Assembly (NCBI GenBank): GCA_964188305.1 | Contig: OZ076886.1 | Direction: 5' to 3' (one strand) | Source of the DNA: Podarcis bocagei | Taxonomy: Eukaryota | Length of the DNA stretch: 64,000 nucleotides | Shown: in pieces, positions 62,531-64,000 of the stretch | Numbering within the stretch: position 1 is the first letter of the stretch | Layout of the letters: the number at the start of each line of letters is the position of its first letter | Notes under the pieces: generated by a model | Seen by the model: the letters and a program-made list of their open reading frames with translations, nothing else | Told to the model about the DNA's origin: nothing | Database searches by the model: none | Translations under genes and position numbers: made by a program

Positions 62531-64000
62531 TGCCACAATTCGCCGAGCACCATTGGGACAGTCCTTCTCTTCCAACCTGATCTACCTCACATGGCTGTTG
62601 TGAAGAAAAAAGTCAGGAAAATAACTACCCTTGAAGGAAAGGCAGGATTGTAAAGTAACTTTTCTATAAATATAATATTCAGTGGCAGGCCTGTGCTAGG
62701 TATCATATCTAGTTCTGACCAAAATGATGGATTGTCATTATCTTGAGAAAAATTGGAACAATACTGCTTGCTTTCTTTTGACCAATTGCAAGCTTTATCT
62801 GGTCTTCGCATTTAACTTTGAAAAATAGTATGTTGTTTAGCCTGCAATTTACTGTAGTAACTGTGAGAGGGACATAAATCTAGACTTTAAATAATGGGGG
62901 AGGGGAGGGAATATATAGGTGACATGGACAGTTCAGATGAAGGGCTGGTATACCACAGATTCATAGAATGGGTTGGAGTTCCCCCTCCCATTATTATTAT
63001 TGCTATATTAGCCAGAAGCGGTGGTTTCTCTAGGGAGGGGGAGGATGAGAGAACGAGTGTGGGTGGTGCAGTGGAATTCACTTTGGTTGGCTGATGGTTC
63101 AGCTCTCAGCAAAAATATGCTGACTTGCTTCTCGATTGCTGTGTTTTAAGAAAAACAGTGATTTCTTAATCCAGTAAAGTTTGCTAGTACAAATAGTGAC
63201 ATTGACTTATAGATGGAACCATTACACATATTCCAACTTCTGTGGATCCCACTGTGATCAGCAGCCTAATTCTCAAAGGCATTTTGCCCCAGGATGGACC
63301 TCCCTGAAGTGAATGGGGCATTAGAGCAAACATTGGGACATTCATAATTTCATGCAGCTTGACTGTTTCATCTTGAGGTTTGAGACATTAGATTGCAGAG
63401 CCAGGATGTTAGGTTGCTCTAACTAGTTGCTGGGGATTCAAAATGAGCGGTGTAGACAATCCCCATTGGTATTAGTCTTGAGAAAAGCAAACTTAGATGT
63501 GGGGTGGGAGGGGGGGGAAAGAGATATGCCATTGCTACAAGGGCAGCCCAAGACACATACTGACAGTAGCAGCCTCTAGTAACTCACACCATAGGACTCT
63601 TGTTTGGGAAGGAAGCAGGAGATGGGAATCTGAGCCCCACCAGGAAGAAATGTCTGAAAAACACATGTTATATCTGAGGCAAAAGAGACAGCGGTTCCAT
63701 GATGAATCTACACTGCAAACTCCACAATGCAGTACCCTAACCACTTTGTTTCTTGTCTGCTCCTGGGACATTTGTCTTTCTGCAGTCTCCAGCCACAGGA
63801 CTCTTTCGTTTTTTTGAAAAAAATATTATTTTTAAAATTTGAATAATGACAAACAGGTGGCAGAAAAAAAGGAATGGGGGGGGGAAGTTTAGGAAGGAAG
63901 GAAGGAAAAGAAAGTTGTCACAATTGCCAATAAGGAAATATAGTATACATTTATGCAAATTATTCAGTCAATAATAAAACATATCCAGAGGGAAAGGATG

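Overview
Vertebrate non-coding DNA from a squamate reptile, most likely a lacertid lizard, judged from its repeats (RTE-BovB, L2, CR1, Penelope-type termini, Sauria/Squam-type SINEs, TcMar and hAT MITEs). I could not recognise any host protein-coding gene. A CpG island at about 38.25-39.02 kb looks like the promoter and first exon of an unidentified minus-strand transcript, with several candidate small exons downstream. The long ORFs are either artefacts of stop-free GC-rich tandem arrays or come from retroelements. The most notable structures are: (1) a perfect palindrome with 94-bp arms (3899-4087) made of two head-to-head Penelope-type termini, each carrying a minimal hammerhead-ribozyme motif; (2) two unrelated TcMar-type MITEs with internal tandem arrays whose unit is a pair of hairpins, one with a 1197-bp higher-order duplication; (3) a near full-length BovB interrupted by an L2 insertion that creates an in-frame chimeric ORF of up to 765 codons; (4) a 2-bp frameshift shared by two separate BovB insertions. 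Family names come from recognised motifs, not database searches.
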